In this document: positions 61,549 through 64,000 of the stretch, one piece after another
How positions within the stretch are numbered: the stretch's first letter is position 1
How the letters are laid out: every line of letters starts with the position of its first letter
From: Candidatus Nomurabacteria bacterium
GTDB taxonomy: Bacteria > Patescibacteriota > Minisyncoccia > Phycocordibacterales > UBA9973
NCBI GenBank assembly: GCA_031425235.1
Contig: JANPIZ010000006.1
Span: forward strand, 30,803 to 94,802
Reading direction: 5' to 3'
DNA: 64,000 nucleotides
The notes under the pieces: model-generated
Told to the model about the DNA's origin: nothing
Databases searched by the model: none
The model's input: only the letters and a program-made list of their open reading frames with translations
Program-made: the position numbers and the translations under genes

Positions 61549-64000
61549 ATGAAAACATTAAACACAACTGAATTTGATCAAATAGCTCTCCGGCTTGCGT
61601 CGCCAGAACAGATCCAAGAATGGTCTTTTGGTGAAGTGACCAAACCAGAAACGATAAATTATCGAACAGGCCGCTCCGAGAGGGGTGGGCTTTTCGATGA
61701 GAAAATTTTCGGCCCAGAGAAAGATTATGAATGTTACTGTGGTAAATACCGTCGTATTCGATATAAAGACATTATCTGTGAAAAATGCGGCGTGGAAGTA
61801 ACTCGCTCTATCGTTCGACGTGAACGTATGGGTCACATCGAACTTGCCACACCAGTGTCACACATTTGGTTCCTTCGTGGTGTACCTTCTCGCATGAGTA
61901 TTCTTCTTAATATTTCTGTTTCTGACCTGGAAAAGGTTATTTACTTTGCTGGATACATTATTATAAAAGTTCATGAAGAAGAAAAAAAATCAATTATTGA
62001 AAATCTTGAAAAAGAGTACAAATCTAAGCTCAAAAACTCGAGTGACGATGAAACAAAAGAAAAGTTAAAAAATTTGCTTTCAATAACAAAGAAAGAAATT
62101 ACTGAAATTTACGAAGGTAAGGTATTGAACGAAATTTCTTTTCATCACTACTCTCTTAAATACGGTACTTGTTTTGAAGCAAATATCGGGGCTGAAGCTA
62201 TCTACTCTATTTTCAAGAATTTAGATTTAAATAAATTAAAGGCTCACACTGAAACCATGCTTGAAAAGGCGAGTGCAGTGGAAAGAGAAAAATTACAAAA
62301 AAGACTTTCTTTAATTCGCGCGATGCTGTATGCGGACATTCGCCCTGAATGGATGTTCCTTACTGTTATTCCTGTGATTCCACCAGTGCTTAGGCCTATG
62401 GTTGCACTCGACGGAGGACGACACGCGACTTCTGACTTAAACGACTTGTATCGCCGAGTGATCAATCGAAATAATCGTTTAAAAAAGCTAAAGGAGATAA
62501 ACGCTCCAGATGTTATTTTACGTAACGAAAAAAGAATCATCCAAGAAGCCGTAGACGCTCTTATTGATAACTCTATCGCCAAACAAAATGATTCGACTGC
62601 GATGAGTCAATCACAGCGCCGACCCCTTAAATCACTCTCAGACAATTTGAAATCAAAACAAGGTTTGTTCCGTCAAAACTTACTTGGAAAGCGTGTCGAT
62701 TATTCGGGGCGTTCTGTTATTGTGGTTGGTCCTGAACTCAAGCTCAATCAATGCGGACTTCCAAAACACATGGCTCTTGAACTTTTCCGACCATTCGTTA
62801 TTTCAAAAATATTAGAAGCAGAACTTGCCTTTAATATCCGCGGAGCAAACAAGCTTATTGAAGAACGCGAAGCGGTCGTGTGGGCAATTCTCGAAGAAAT
62901 TATTCAAGGGAAATATGTGTTACTCAACCGTGCACCAACACTTCACCGTCTTGGTATCCAAGCTTTCAACCCTATTCTTATTGAAGGAAATGCTATTCAA
63001 GTGCATCCGCTCGTGTGTGAAGCTTTCAATGCTGACTTCGACGGAGACCAGATGGCAGTATATGTACCGCTTCTAGACGAAGCTCAGGCTGAAGCAAAAA
63101 ACTTGATGGCTGCAAACAAAAACTTACTTAAGCCACAAAGTGGAGATCCTATCGTACACCCAAGTAAAGATATCGTACTTGGAAGTTACTGGATGACAAA
63201 AAATATGACAGGGGAAGAAGGAGAAGGAAAATATTTTTCAAATCCAAACACTGCCATTCTCGCGTTTGAATACGGCGCTGTGTCGTTCCGTGCAAAAATA
63301 AAGGTTCTCTCGACAGATCGACCAAAATATAAAAAATTTGAGGGAGGACTTTTTGAAACATCGGTTGGGAAGCTTCTTTTCAACAGTATTTTGCCGAGTG
63401 ACTTCCCATACGTAAACGATGAAATGACCCAAGGCCGACTTTCTGCTTTGCTTGACGAACTTATTATGCGATATGGAGTTGATAATACTCCACCTATACT
63501 CGACAAGATAAAAGCCTTCGGATTTAAATACTCGACTGTGTCTGGTACTACCTGGGGACTTGATAACGTAAGTGTACCTTCTGAGAAAGCAGGAATTATT
63601 AAAAATAGCAGAAAATTAGAAGAAGAAATTTTATCGCAATGGAACGACGGATTACTCTCTGGAGAAGAGAAGTATCAGAAAATCATGGAAGTATGGACAG
63701 CAGCTAAAAAAGAACTTGAAAAAGTATTACCAGGCACTCTCGACATTAATGGTTCTACATACGACCTCTTTACTTCAAAAGCTCGAGGTACTATGACATC
63801 ACTTGCCCAAATGGCTGGAATGAAAGGTCTTATTCAAAATAACCAGGGTAAAATTCTTGAATTTCCGATCATTTCTTCGTATCAAGAAGGTCTGTCTCCG
63901 CTTGAATACTTCATCACGACTCACGGAGCTCGAAAAGGTGCATCCGATACTGCACTTAACACTGCGAAAGCAGGATACCTTACACGAAGACTCGTAGACG
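61549..64000 (+). CDS. rpoC: DNA-directed RNA polymerase subunit beta' (5' portion; continues beyond window)
   Basis: Zn finger CYCGKYRRIRYKDIICEKCG, NADFDGDQMAV catalytic motif at ~63030; no stop before window end. Confidence 0.95.
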   Translation, partial: MKTLNTTEFDQIALRLASPEQIQEWSFGEVTKPETINYRTGRSERGGLFDEKIFGPEKDYECYCGKYRRIRYKDIICEKCGVEVTRSIVRRERMGHIELATPVSHIWFLRGVPSRMSILLNISVSDLEKVIYFAGYIIIKVHEEEKKSIIENLEKEYKSKLKNSSDDETKEKLKNLLSITKKEITEIYEGKVLNEISFHHYSLKYGTCFEANIGAEAIYSIFKNLDLNKLKAHTETMLEKASAVEREKLQKRLSLIRAMLYADIRPEWMFLTVIPVIPPVLRPMVALDGGRHATSDLNDLYRRVINRNNRLKKLKEINAPDVILRNEKRIIQEAVDALIDNSIAKQNDSTAMSQSQRRPLKSLSDNLKSKQGLFRQNLLGKRVDYSGRSVIVVGPELKLNQCGLPKHMALELFRPFVISKILEAELAFNIRGANKLIEEREAVVWAILEEIIQGKYVLLNRAPTLHRLGIQAFNPILIEGNAIQVHPLVCEAFNADFDGDQMAVYVPLLDEAQAEAKNLMAANKNLLKPQSGDPIVHPSKDIVLGSYWMTKNMTGEEGEGKYFSNPNTAILAFEYGAVSFRAKIKVLSTDRPKYKKFEGGLFETSVGKLLFNSILPSDFPYVNDEMTQGRLSALLDELIMRYGVDNTPPILDKIKAFGFKYSTVSGTTWGLDNVSVPSEKAGIIKNSRKLEEEILSQWNDGLLSGEEKYQKIMEVWTAAKKELEKVLPGTLDINGSTYDLFTSKARGTMTSLAQMAGMKGLIQNNQGKILEFPIISSYQEGLSPLEYFITTHGARKGASDTALNTAKAGYLTRRLVD

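Overview
This 64-kb window is AT-rich and uses the standard genetic code: the long ORFs contain no in-frame TGA. The gene content points to a reduced-genome, probably CPR/Patescibacteria-like bacterium, though that placement is an inference. Signs include an 1062-aa RpoB, short forms of PheS, PheT, SMC and ThrS, several fused proteins, and a type IV pilus plus ComF competence locus. Most of the window is housekeeping genes on the + strand. In order these are a complete type IV pilus locus (pilM-N-O-?-pilB, a CheY-like regulator, pilT-pilC, two tandem major pilins, pilD, four minor pilins), then ligA, truB, terC, a UvrD-RecB-like helicase-nuclease, trhO, pheST and gyrB. They continue with two ECF sigma modules, thrS, rpmF, a NusB-NUDIX fusion, rnc, a short SMC, maf, a Dac-CapA fusion, rnr, rpsP, a KH protein, trmD, rpoB and the start of rpoC. 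Two things stand out. First, a 39-bp imperfect-palindromic repeat, CCTGCCCGCAATGCYTCYAGCATAGCTRGTGCAGGCGGG, is inserted in frame five times into essential genes, once in trhO, three times in pheT and once in gyrB. Each copy adds the peptide P-A-R-N-A/V-S-S-I-A-S/G-A-G-G, which resembles the in-frame selfish elements of Rickettsia (RPEs). Second, a roughly 9-kb accessory block at about 18.3-27.7 kb looks like an integrated plasmid-like mobile element. It carries a SET-domain gene and a structured GC-richer intergenic region. It also holds a Type III restriction-modification operon (HTH, Mod, Res) with an extra PD-(D/E)xK nuclease-like gene. Further along are an intergenic DnaA box with four tandem 10-bp iteron-like repeats and three hairpins, a Rep-like wHTH gene and a large serine recombinase. 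The recombinase ORF runs into a tRNA-Ser(GGA) gene on the opposite strand. Smaller observations include perfect DnaA boxes found only in intergenic regions, a cluster of terminator-bounded small hydrophobic peptide genes, and candidate small RNAs.
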